Below the pieces are notes generated by a model. The model searched no databases. It was not told where the DNA came from and was given only the letters and a program-made list of their open reading frames with translations. Of a stretch of DNA of 17,967 nt, positions 1 to 8,249 are shown piece after piece; positions within the stretch are counted from its first letter, which is position 1; each line of letters starts with the position of its first letter. The stretch lies in NCBI GenBank assembly GCA_041640075.1, contig JBEQAY010000022.1:1-17967 (forward strand), written 5' to 3'. Origin of the DNA: Candidatus Nanohaloarchaea archaeon. Lineage in GTDB: Archaea > Nanohalarchaeota > Nanosalinia > Nanosalinales > Nanosalinaceae. A program made the position numbers and the translations under genes.

Positions 1-27
1 TTTCTGTATTGGGATAGACCATCCGAC

Positions 28-33
28 TTTTAA
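28..33 (+). promoter_or_regulatory. Putative TATA box of the SRP RNA gene
   Basis: TTTTAA about 25 nt upstream of the predicted RNA 5' end (57), the usual archaeal spacing. Confidence 0.5.
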
Positions 34-56
34 CTGTTCCAGCAGATTTTGTTTTT

Positions 57-324
57 GGGTAGGCTGGGCGGTTCGGGGCCGCTTGTAACCTTGAAATCCT
101 CGTTATGCAGGGGGCTGAAAACCGTTGGGAGGTGTCTCTTTCAATGGTTCGGCCCATGGGACGGTTGTTTGACGATCCGTCCTCCGGGATGTCGCAGGCT
201 GTGAACCGGGTCAGGCCCTGACGGGTGCAGCCCTAAGCAGTCAGTGGCATGTTCGGAGGGTGGCGGATCCGAGGCCGTGCCGTGGATTTACCGGCCGTTG
301 AAGGGCATCGACCTTCGGGAACCC
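57..324 (+). ncRNA. ffs: Signal recognition particle RNA (7S-type, about 268 nt, lacking helix 6)
   Basis: Terminal helix GGGT(57-60)/ACCC(321-324). Alu domain: helix 3 GGGCGG(66-71)/CCGCTT(79-84), UGUNR motif TGTAA(84-88), helix 4 CCTTG(89-93)/CAGGG(108-112), loop-loop complementarity CGGGG(74-78)/CCTCG(98-102). Long paired rod 131-201/238-309. Helix 8 GGG-TCAGG-CCC-TGAC-GGG-TGCAG-CCC (208-233) matches the SRP54-binding motif. Followed by a T-tract. Confidence 0.95.
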
Positions 325-328
325 GCTG

Positions 329-339
329 TTTTTGATTTT
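329..339 (+). terminator. T-rich archaeal terminator after the SRP RNA
   Basis: TTTTTGATTTT just after the closing helix. Confidence 0.5.
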
Positions 340-397
340 GGCTTCCTGTGTTGTTCTTGGGAAAATTTCTTAAGTTTCTGTGTCTTTGTGTGACTTG

Positions 398-1162
398 ATG
401 ACTGGTTTATCTGATGGTGTTGTCTCTGAGGCCGTTGAGCTTTCGGAAGCGGTCTTCTCTGATGGCAGGGAAAGTTTTGAAGATAGTTACGATGGTGAAA
501 TCGATGATTACATGTTGATCCAGGATTTGAGGAACAGGATTGACGAGGCGATGATGGATACAGATGGAAAGATCCCGTATATGGATGATTTACCTTCTTT
601 CTCGGATCTTGGTCATGATGAGGATTCCTGGGCGCGTGTTTTCTACTCTCTGACGCCTGATACCTCCTACAGGGAGCTTGCGGATGTATCGGAGTTCTCC
701 GTTGATTCCATGAGTAATGTGATAGGAGGACTCAAAGACGAGGGACTTATCGAGGCTACAGGAACTACGAGGTCGAAAAAATATTTTTACGGTGAAAAAG
801 CTCTTCCGTATCTCATGCTGCTTTCCGAGGCAGAGATGATCCTGGAAGACGGAGAGGCTGATACTTTTTCCGGGGAAAGGAGTCAGGAAGTTGAACCTGA
901 GGTGGAACAGGAGCCGGACTTAGATGTAAATAGGTCTGATTCTGAAGTACCTGAGGAGGCAGAGGATTCTTCAGAACCTGTAGACGAAGAGGATGACAAG
1001 AGTCTGCGGGAGATTATGAAGGATGTTGCAGATGATGACGAAGACTTTAGGACGACTTTCAGTCGGAAGGAGGACGGCGGTATCGAGCAGAGGGATCACA
1101 CGGATACGGAGACCGATGAATCATCTAATCCTTCTGAAGATGAGTACTACGAGGGATGGTGA
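398..1162 (+). CDS. Acidic hypothetical protein with central winged helix-turn-helix domain and disordered acidic C-terminus
   Basis: SYRELADVSEFSVDSMSNVIGGLKDEGLIEATGTTRSKKYFY fits a wHTH pattern. ATG 398 is preferred to GTG 380 because TTCTTAAG lies about 25-30 nt upstream. Confidence 0.7.
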   Translation: MTGLSDGVVSEAVELSEAVFSDGRESFEDSYDGEIDDYMLIQDLRNRIDEAMMDTDGKIPYMDDLPSFSDLGHDEDSWARVFYSLTPDTSYRELADVSEFSVDSMSNVIGGLKDEGLIEATGTTRSKKYFYGEKALPYLMLLSEAEMILEDGEADTFSGERSQEVEPEVEQEPDLDVNRSDSEVPEEAEDSSEPVDEEDDKSLREIMKDVADDDEDFRTTFSRKEDGGIEQRDHTDTETDESSNPSEDEYYEGW

Positions 1163-1193
1163 AAAAGTTAAAACTCGCGGGTTATCGGTACTT

Positions 1194-1850
1194 GTGATAA
1201 AACTTTACGGGACTTCTCACGTCTCCCATGAGAGCTTGGATGTCATCGACGAAGCTTTCCTTGAGGAACCGGATCTGGTGGCTCTGGAACTTGATCCTCC
1301 GCGCCTCGAAGCCTTGATGTTCGATGGACAGGGCAGGAAAGACGGATCGATTTTCATACGTTTACTGGAGAAGTTCCAGAACTACGTCGGCAGTAAAACC
1401 GGTCTAATGCCGGGAGAGGAAATGCTGTATGCTTACAACCGGGCGATACAGGAGAACCTGGATATAGCGCTCATCGATCAGGACATCAGGATTACGGTAG
1501 AAAGATTGAAGCAGGTGAGACGGAAGGAAAAGGTCAAGGCAGTTTTTTCTGTGGGTTTAGGCCTGCTTCTACCTTTCGGCGATAAATTAAATATTGAAGA
1601 GATACCGGAGGAGGAAAAGATCCGGGAGCTTGTCTCCGAACTTGAAGATTCTTTCCCAGGTATTTATATGGTTTTGATGGAGGAGAGAAATAATCACATG
1701 TTTGAAAGTCTTGTCAGGCTTCAGGAGGAGAATCCTGATTCTGATATAGCTGTTTTCATGGGTGCAGCACACAGGAAACCGGTCGCGGAACTTCTGAGAG
1801 GTGAAGGGTTTGAGGTCAGTTGTGAAGATCTCCTGGAAGAAAAAAAGTGA
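1194..1850 (+). CDS. TraB/PrgY (pheromone shutdown/Tiki-like) family protein
   Basis: Motifs GTSHVS, VALELD, PGEEM, DQDIRIT, EERN, FMGAAH. Start moved to GTG 1194 to avoid a long overlap with the upstream gene. Confidence 0.85.
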   Translation: MIKLYGTSHVSHESLDVIDEAFLEEPDLVALELDPPRLEALMFDGQGRKDGSIFIRLLEKFQNYVGSKTGLMPGEEMLYAYNRAIQENLDIALIDQDIRITVERLKQVRRKEKVKAVFSVGLGLLLPFGDKLNIEEIPEEEKIRELVSELEDSFPGIYMVLMEERNNHMFESLVRLQEENPDSDIAVFMGAAHRKPVAELLRGEGFEVSCEDLLEEKK

Positions 1851-2559
1851 GGGCTGGAAAGCCGAACTGATGCTGGCGGAACCAGGCAGCTTCGAAAAAC
1901 TTGAGTTAAGTCCTGGCAGAAGCTTCTCATTTGAACTTGTAGACGAGAGAAGATGCACGGGTTACGCTCCTTCTCCTGGTGAAAGGGCGCCGTGCCCCGA
2001 TTTCAGAGAAATCTCCTCTGGTTCACAGTGTCCTGAATGCCGTGGAAAAGACATCTACTCCGGCTACGTACGTGGTGATGAACAGACTGATCTTGAGGGT
2101 GATTTCTCGGTCTATCTGGCACAGATCTCTGACAGCGTCAAGGTGGGGGTCACAAGGAGCGGGAAAATCCCGGAGCGGTGGATCGAACAGGGAGCGGACT
2201 TCGGCGTTGAGATTCTTCAGGGGCTTGAAGCGCGTGTCGCACTGGAAAACGAGTCAGATATCTCCTCGAACGGTTTGACCGAACGGGTAAGAAAAAACCA
2301 GAAAGTACCGGCAGCCCTGACCTCTGAACTACTTGAACAGAAGATGGAGGAACACGATTTTCAGGGAGAGATAATCAATGTACAGGATCTAACGGTTTAC
2401 GATGAGATGAAGACGAAAAGTTTCCGCCGCAAAGGACTTTTCGAGGGAGAACTTGAGTCAGTAAGAGGCCAGATAATATCCAACGGCAGGATGGCTCTGG
2501 CCATGACTTCCGGAAAAGTTTTGAAGAAGCCGGAGCAGAAGGGTTTGAACAGTTTCTAG
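1801..2559 (+). CDS. DUF2797 domain-containing protein
   Basis: Cys cluster CTGY..CP..QCPEC followed by VYLA..VKVGVTR..RWIEQGA. Exact start uncertain (1801/1810/1822). Confidence 0.8.
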   Translation: MKGLRSVVKISWKKKSEGWKAELMLAEPGSFEKLELSPGRSFSFELVDERRCTGYAPSPGERAPCPDFREISSGSQCPECRGKDIYSGYVRGDEQTDLEGDFSVYLAQISDSVKVGVTRSGKIPERWIEQGADFGVEILQGLEARVALENESDISSNGLTERVRKNQKVPAALTSELLEQKMEEHDFQGEIINVQDLTVYDEMKTKSFRRKGLFEGELESVRGQIISNGRMALAMTSGKVLKKPEQKGLNSF

Positions 2560-2610
2560 AAATTTCTGTTGAGGGTTAAAGTAATATTAAGAGGATTCTA
2601 TTTCCTGTTT

Positions 2611-3090
2611 ATGACTGATTTTGAAAGGGCGTTAGTTAACTCGTTCAATAGTTTCTTTGAGAGTGAAGAGATCGATGGTATTGCTCACAGGAAGAAGCAA
2701 CACCGTTTCAGTTCCCAGCTTTGCGATGTCTTGGTGGATTCTGAGCATGAGATGTTTTACCTGGCGATAGAGAACAAGAGTGTGAAAACTTCCAGTACGA
2801 ACAAGCTTTACTTTTCCCAGCATTTCTCCCAGAGTAAGGGCGGTCATCAGGTGGAAAGGATCAGCGATTTCGTCGACAGGTCAGGTAGAAGAGGTTTTCT
2901 TGCCGTAGAGCTGAAGCGTGGCCGTGGAAGAAGCAGGAAGGCGTACATGGTGCCCTGGAGTGCGGTAAGGGAGGCTTATGAGTCTGGTGAGGCTGGTCTG
3001 CATATCGATGAGATACAGGATTACCCGGAGATTTTACGGGATTCTGAGGATTACAGTGTTGCAGAGATGTGTGTCGGTATGGAGATTTAG
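2611..3090 (+). CDS. Holliday junction resolvase-like PD-(D/E)XK nuclease
   Basis: FER..VNSFN, QHRF..Q.CDVLVD, AIENKS, LYFSQHF, GRRGFLAVEL resemble a euryarchaeal Hjc/RecU-like family. ATG at 2611. Confidence 0.7.
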   Translation: MTDFERALVNSFNSFFESEEIDGIAHRKKQHRFSSQLCDVLVDSEHEMFYLAIENKSVKTSSTNKLYFSQHFSQSKGGHQVERISDFVDRSGRRGFLAVELKRGRGRSRKAYMVPWSAVREAYESGEAGLHIDEIQDYPEILRDSEDYSVAEMCVGMEI

Positions 3091-3127
3091 GAAGAGTTTT
3101 TTACTGTCCGACCCGTAACTAGGTTTT

Positions 3128-3754
3128 ATGGTAGAGCCGGGTCCTGGTATCAGCGGTTTTCCTGACAGAGAGGATGTCTACAATTTTGTACTGGGTACAG
3201 GTGTCCTGGCTGCTGCTTTCGCCGCGTTTTACGGCGAGTTTGAGGTAGGTGGTGCAGTATTTTATCTTTCAGCTTCTGCCACAGTACTTGCGACCAGGGA
3301 GTTTGGTGTAAGAGCTGCTGCCAATGTTCTTGATGGCTACGCCAGTCTTGAGGTTTCAAGCGAAGGATCGACAACTACGCTCTTCGGAGCCATCATCTCA
3401 GTCATCACAGGTCTTCCTGTTATACTGCTTTTCCCGATTTACTCGGAAGTTTCAAGGAAGAAATACGAGCAGTGGGGTCGTTCTATAGACGTTGTATGGG
3501 CTGCCTACAAGTTCAAGATCGCTCGCTGGGGTGTGGCAGCTCTACTTCTAGGTTTTGTCCTGGCAGGAAGCTTCGGTTTGGAGAAAATAGCTCAGATGTA
3601 TGCTCTGTTTGCTTTCTTCCAGATGCTGCCTTTCGATTACTCAGGCATCCCTACAGGACCTCTTGACGGGGCAGAGATTTTGCGCTGGAGCGGGTTCTGG
3701 TGGCTGCTGTTTACAGGAATCTCTCTGTTGATGATCGCTCTGACAGTTATCTAA
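3128..3754 (+). CDS. Integral membrane protein, peptidase M50 (site-2 protease)-like, probably inactive
   Basis: Several hydrophobic segments. C-terminal FFQMLPF..PLDGAEILRW resembles the M50 NxxP..LDG motif. The HExxH position reads REFGV. Confidence 0.65.
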   Translation: MVEPGPGISGFPDREDVYNFVLGTGVLAAAFAAFYGEFEVGGAVFYLSASATVLATREFGVRAAANVLDGYASLEVSSEGSTTTLFGAIISVITGLPVILLFPIYSEVSRKKYEQWGRSIDVVWAAYKFKIARWGVAALLLGFVLAGSFGLEKIAQMYALFAFFQMLPFDYSGIPTGPLDGAEILRWSGFWWLLFTGISLLMIALTVI

Positions 3755-3808
3755 CTCTAGAAAATCCTGGTTTTTTAGAAAAAGAAAGGGTATATTGGTC
3801 GGAGGAGA

Positions 3809-4030
3809 TTATTCTCTTAGGAGATCTTCTACAGGATCGTCTTCCTTTTCGTCGTCCACTGGACCGCCTATCGTTCCAGGTTCTTGGTCTGGAAGCTCGT
3901 CCTCGAAGGAGTCTTCATCGTTACGGATTTCCTCTGCTTCCCGCTCGATGCGTTCTCTCATTTCGTCTTCTCCAAGTTCCTCTTCCTCGTCGTCGAAATC
4001 GTCCGGTTCAAATTCGTTTGGTTCATCCAT
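3809..4030 (-). CDS. Small, extremely acidic hypothetical protein (73 aa)
   Basis: ATG preceded by a GGAGG ribosome-binding site (complement of 4041-4045). Acidic composition matches the other genes and the ORF fills the gap. Confidence 0.7.
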   Translation of the reverse strand: MDEPNEFEPDDFDDEEEELGEDEMRERIEREAEEIRNDEDSFEDELPDQEPGTIGGPVDDEKEDDPVEDLLRE

Positions 4031-4186
4031 GGTTTTCTGGCCTCCGCTAGGGTCTTGAATAAGTTTGACTCAACCGCATACTTTTAAAGGCTTTGACCGG
4101 TGTTTTGTTCTTCAGGTAGCAAAGTATATATTCGCCGGCATCGGGGTTAGGTTGGATTTATTACCGGCGGATACCATTGTTTTTAC

Positions 4187-5446
4187 ATGCCAAAAATTAT
4201 CGTAGGCAGAAGCGAGAGCGATAAGGAGGAGCATGGAATTGATGGAACAGGTGTGATAGGTAAACATCTGGTAGGAGAGGACGAGGAAGCCCATACAGCT
4301 AACCCTCTGCACTTTGACCTGGCAAAACCCCACGTCATTGGGGTATTCGGGAAGAGAGGAACCGGTAAATCTTACTCTATGGGAACTATTGTTGAGGAAC
4401 TGCAAACTGTCGACATTGCGGAAAATCTCTCCACGATAATGATCGACCCTATGGGAATTTTCTGGTCGATGAAAAGACCAAATGAGAGGGATGTTTCAAT
4501 ACTTGACAAATGGGGTATGAAGCCGGAGGCGTTCGACGCCCACGTATATATTCCAAAAGGCAAGACAAAGGATTTCGACGAGAAAGAGATGCCTTACGAC
4601 GATACTTTCATGCTTAACCCGGCTCAGCTTACCTCAGAGGAGTGGAGGATGGCGTTTGATATCGACGCCAACACCGAGATGAGTATTCTTCTTGAAAGGC
4701 TTGTAGAGGATCTTACTGAAGAGTTCGACGATAACTACAGGATAGAGCATATGAAGGAGGCTCTGGAGTCCTACGAGTTCGAGGAAAAGACAAAGAGAGG
4801 GCTTGAAAACAGGTTTGATAACGCAGAGGACTGGGGTATCTTCGGAGACACATCCTCAATCGACAAGTTGACGTCCGCCGGAGAGCTCTCAGTAGTCGAT
4901 GTATCGGTTTTCGGACAGTTATCCGGTGGAACCCGGGTACAGTCACTTGTGGTGGCTATCCTGGCTAAAAGGATTCTGCGCAGGAGGATGTCGGCCCGTA
5001 GACTCGAGGAACTTGACGAGATGCAGGGGCTGGATCGTGCCGACGAGCCTATCCAGTGGATGCTGATAGACGAGGCGCACGAGTACCTTCCTGCTGAAGG
5101 AGAGACGCCTGCCACTGATCCGCTTCTGAGATGGGTGAAGATCGGTAGAGAACCAGGTGTATCTCTTGTGCTCTGTACCCAGCAGCCGGCAAAACTTCAT
5201 CCAAATGCACTTTCTCAGATGGATCTTCTACTGGCGCATAGATTAACAGCCCAGCAGGATATCGACGCACTCCAGAAAATTATGCAGACCTATATGCGTT
5301 ATGACCTCAGACACTACATAGACGCTCTTCCAGACAGGCCAGGTACAGCTATGATCATGGACGACAACTCCGAAAGAGCTTACCCGGCACAGATGAGGCC
5401 GAGAAAGTCCTGGCACGCCGGAGGAACACCTGACGCATTTGACTGA
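4187..5446 (+). CDS. HerA/FtsK-superfamily P-loop ATPase (DUF87-type), soluble
   Basis: Walker A GKRGTGKS, IDPMG, Walker B LIDEAH, arginine-finger GREPG and TQQP motif. No obvious N-terminal HAS barrel. Confidence 0.85.
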   Translation: MPKIIVGRSESDKEEHGIDGTGVIGKHLVGEDEEAHTANPLHFDLAKPHVIGVFGKRGTGKSYSMGTIVEELQTVDIAENLSTIMIDPMGIFWSMKRPNERDVSILDKWGMKPEAFDAHVYIPKGKTKDFDEKEMPYDDTFMLNPAQLTSEEWRMAFDIDANTEMSILLERLVEDLTEEFDDNYRIEHMKEALESYEFEEKTKRGLENRFDNAEDWGIFGDTSSIDKLTSAGELSVVDVSVFGQLSGGTRVQSLVVAILAKRILRRRMSARRLEELDEMQGLDRADEPIQWMLIDEAHEYLPAEGETPATDPLLRWVKIGREPGVSLVLCTQQPAKLHPNALSQMDLLLAHRLTAQQDIDALQKIMQTYMRYDLRHYIDALPDRPGTAMIMDDNSERAYPAQMRPRKSWHAGGTPDAFD

Positions 5447-5451
5447 TAACT

Positions 5452-5973
5452 ATGGAAACCAAGGCACTCATAACCCAGGAAGTAGTTAACAAGACAGAAT
5501 ACTTCGCTAGAGTACCTCTGGACAACCAGGAGATGCTTCCCACATTGCTTCCATTAATGGCTGCAGCTATAATAATGGAGCTCTACTTCGGTAAACACAA
5601 AGAGGAAAGTCTTGGATGGAACACAAGCGTCGGAAACGCAGCCATCTGGATGACAACAGGGTTATCTATTCTTATTGTAGAGACAGGTCTGAGTCAGCTG
5701 GAACTGCAGGCGACATATGCCTTGATAGCTCTTGGAGGCTTTGTCACTTTTATGGACTTCTTCCATATATGGCCCTCTACAGTTGCATTTATAGTCTCAT
5801 CCTCAGCTATGGTCTATACACTTGCCTACACACTGGTAGTAATTATAAAATCCAGTATGCCGGTTAATCAGACAACTTTGAAGGCTGCAGCACTGTTTTT
5901 CATAGGTGTAAACCTTGCATTCAAGGTTATACAGTTCTTCGAGTCGGACGATGATTCAGCCATGAACTTCTGA
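5452..5973 (+). CDS. Hypothetical multi-pass membrane protein
   Basis: About 5 hydrophobic segments, with a loop ELYFGKHKEESLGWNTSVGNA. Starts 5 nt after the ATPase stop, so likely co-transcribed. Confidence 0.75.
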   Translation: METKALITQEVVNKTEYFARVPLDNQEMLPTLLPLMAAAIIMELYFGKHKEESLGWNTSVGNAAIWMTTGLSILIVETGLSQLELQATYALIALGGFVTFMDFFHIWPSTVAFIVSSSAMVYTLAYTLVVIIKSSMPVNQTTLKAAALFFIGVNLAFKVIQFFESDDDSAMNF

Positions 5974-6052
5974 AAAACTTTCGCTTTAATCTGTCCTAGG
6001 CTAGAGATTTTTTCGACTCTAATATAATTTCAGTTTCCAAAGCATCCTGTAG

Positions 6053-8248
6053 ATGGATCTTCTGAAAACAGATGAGATAGAGTCTCGTGCATACCAGGAA
6101 GTGATCGCTGCCTCTGCCTCAGACAGGAACACCCTGGTAGTACTTCCTACAGGACTTGGTAAAACAATAATCGCAGTTATGGTGGCATCCATCAAGATGC
6201 AGGACGACTCAAAAATCCTGATGATGGCGCCGACAAAGCCACTGGCCAGCCAGCACAAAAAAACATTCCAGAAATTCCTTAAAATCCCAGAAGACCAGCT
6301 ACAGGTCATGACAGGAGACACAAGGCCAGAAAAAAGATACAAACACTGGAAGAACAAGAAAGCGTTCTTCGCCACACCACAGGTAGTGGAAAACGATCTC
6401 ATCGCTGATGAAGTACCTGTAGAAGAGTTCTCACTTGTTATATTTGACGAAGCACACCGGGCGACAGGGGAGTACAGTTACGTATTCATCAATGAAAAGA
6501 TGGGTGTGCAGAACCTGGCTTTAACAGCTTCTCCAGGAGGTTCCAAAGAGAAGATCATGGAGGTGGCTGAAAACCTGGATATCGAAAACTTTGAGGTCCG
6601 TACAGAGGATGATCCGGACGTTGAGCCCTATATCGAGGATAAAGAGGTCAACTGGATCAACGTTGAACTTGACGAGAAGTTCATGGAAGCCAAGTCAAAG
6701 ATGGAGTCGGCTCAGAGAGAGCAGTTGAAGAAACTGAAGTCCATGGGGCAGATAAGCTCCACGAGCAACGTCAATAAGACGGATCTACTGAAGCTGAGAG
6801 GAGAGATATCATCCAAACTTTCAAAGACGGATGATCCCGAGCTTTACTCAGCTATCTCGCGTGTCGCAACTGCATTAAAGATCTCACAGGCAATCGAGAT
6901 GCTGGAAACACAGGGGGTCAGCCAGTGCTACGAATATCTTGAAGGACTCAAAAACGATGATTCAAAGGCTGCTGCCAGAGTTCTCCAGAACAACGACATG
7001 CAGAAAGCCATAAACCTAGTAAAATACCTGAAAAAAGAGGGGGAGGAGCATCCAAAACTTGACAGGACAGTCGAGATACTGGAGGACCTTGAAGACGATG
7101 GTAAAGCCCTAGTGTTCACGGAGTACCGTTCCTCTGTTGACAATATAACTGAAAGATTGAAGGAAGAAGGTATGGCTGCCAAGCGGTTTATAGGGCAGTC
7201 AGGAGATGGAGGGATGAGTCAGAAGGAACAAATAGAGCTGCTCGATGAATTCAGGGATGGTGACCACCAGGTCGTGGTCTCCACAAGCATAGGCGAAGAA
7301 GGACTGGATATACCGGCAGTAGACTACGTTGTATTCTATGAACCTGTGCCATCATCTATCAGAAGCATACAGAGAGCAGGTAGAACCGGCAGACAGGAAT
7401 CAGGAGAGGTCTACGTCCTTATAGCGGAGAACACACGTGACGAAGGATATTACTGGAGTGCACACCACAAGAAAAAGAACATGAACAAGGTACTTCAGGA
7501 ACTCAAAAACGAACAGATGGAGCGCGAACCTTCAGGACCTCAGAGATCTCTTAGTGGCTTCAAAGACGAGGAGGATTCAAAGGAATCTCAGGAAGACGAA
7601 CCAGAGGACGAGGAAGACCAGCTGGAAATCTATGTCGATGACAGGGAGAACGCAGTAGCGAAGGAACTCTCAAGGATGGACATCGTTGTAGACAAGCAGA
7701 GGATGGATGTAGCTGACTTCCTGGTATCTGAAGATACGGCTATAGAAAGAAAACAGGCAGAAGACTTCGTAGACTCTATACTTGACTCAAGACTTTTTGA
7801 CCAGCTAATAGAGATGCAGGACTACAGAAAACCTGTTTTGATCGTGGAAGGAAAAGAACTCTACTCCCACAGAGATGTCCATCCAAACGCGATAAGAGGT
7901 GCTCTTGCAACAGTAGCTATAGACTACGAGATCCCGATACTATGGAGTGACGGCAGGAAGGAAACAGCAGAGATGCTGAAGTCTCTGGCCAAAAGAGAAC
8001 AGGAGGAAAAGGAAAAAGACGTCGCTGTAAGAGCCAACAAGTCATCCAACACAGAGAAAGAACTGCAGAAATACATGGTTGCAGGTCTTCCTGGCGTAAA
8101 CACCAAGATAGCTGAAAGGATGCTCAAAGAGTTCGGAAGCGTGGAATCAACTTACACAGCCTCTTTTGAGGATCTTAAAGAAATCGAGGGTATCGGCGAC
8201 AAAAAAGCTGCAAGAATAAGAGAACTGCTTGAAAAAGACTATAACTAA
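6053..8248 (+). CDS. hef: Hef: FANCM/ERCC4-like DEAH helicase-nuclease
   Basis: RAYQ, LPTGLGKT, DEAH, TASPG, EEGLD, QRAGRTGR helicase motifs, then an acidic linker, ERCC4 nuclease domain (VDDRE, DFLV, ERK..DF..S) and C-terminal (HhH)2 (LPGVN, IEGIGDKKA). Confidence 0.95.
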   Translation: MDLLKTDEIESRAYQEVIAASASDRNTLVVLPTGLGKTIIAVMVASIKMQDDSKILMMAPTKPLASQHKKTFQKFLKIPEDQLQVMTGDTRPEKRYKHWKNKKAFFATPQVVENDLIADEVPVEEFSLVIFDEAHRATGEYSYVFINEKMGVQNLALTASPGGSKEKIMEVAENLDIENFEVRTEDDPDVEPYIEDKEVNWINVELDEKFMEAKSKMESAQREQLKKLKSMGQISSTSNVNKTDLLKLRGEISSKLSKTDDPELYSAISRVATALKISQAIEMLETQGVSQCYEYLEGLKNDDSKAAARVLQNNDMQKAINLVKYLKKEGEEHPKLDRTVEILEDLEDDGKALVFTEYRSSVDNITERLKEEGMAAKRFIGQSGDGGMSQKEQIELLDEFRDGDHQVVVSTSIGEEGLDIPAVDYVVFYEPVPSSIRSIQRAGRTGRQESGEVYVLIAENTRDEGYYWSAHHKKKNMNKVLQELKNEQMEREPSGPQRSLSGFKDEEDSKESQEDEPEDEEDQLEIYVDDRENAVAKELSRMDIVVDKQRMDVADFLVSEDTAIERKQAEDFVDSILDSRLFDQLIEMQDYRKPVLIVEGKELYSHRDVHPNAIRGALATVAIDYEIPILWSDGRKETAEMLKSLAKREQEEKEKDVAVRANKSSNTEKELQKYMVAGLPGVNTKIAERMLKEFGSVESTYTASFEDLKEIEGIGDKKAARIRELLEKDYN

Positions 8249-8249
8249 G

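Noticed and set aside
57..324. GC-rich non-coding block as tRNA, RNase P RNA or mobile-element end
   Set aside because: No cloverleaf or RNase P P4 motif. The Alu and helix-8 motifs explain it fully as SRP RNA.
1023..1193. N-terminal extension of the TraB ORF
   Set aside because: Overlaps the upstream gene and is basic, unlike this proteome. Family similarity starts at GTG 1194.
1194..1850. TraB gene as evidence of a conjugative element
   Set aside because: This is the TraB/PrgY/Tiki family common on archaeal chromosomes. No integrase, relaxase, transposase or flanking repeats are present.
2554..2568. Recurring intergenic (T)AGAAAWTTT-like words (also near 359, 3757, 6002, 12792, 17783)
   Set aside because: Short, degenerate and AT-rich; explained by stop codons plus ordinary promoter or terminator sequence.
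3700..4087. Three plus-strand ORFs (116, 87 and 67 aa)
   Set aside because: Ser/Arg/Phe-rich antisense shadows of the acidic minus-strand gene, which has a clear SD.
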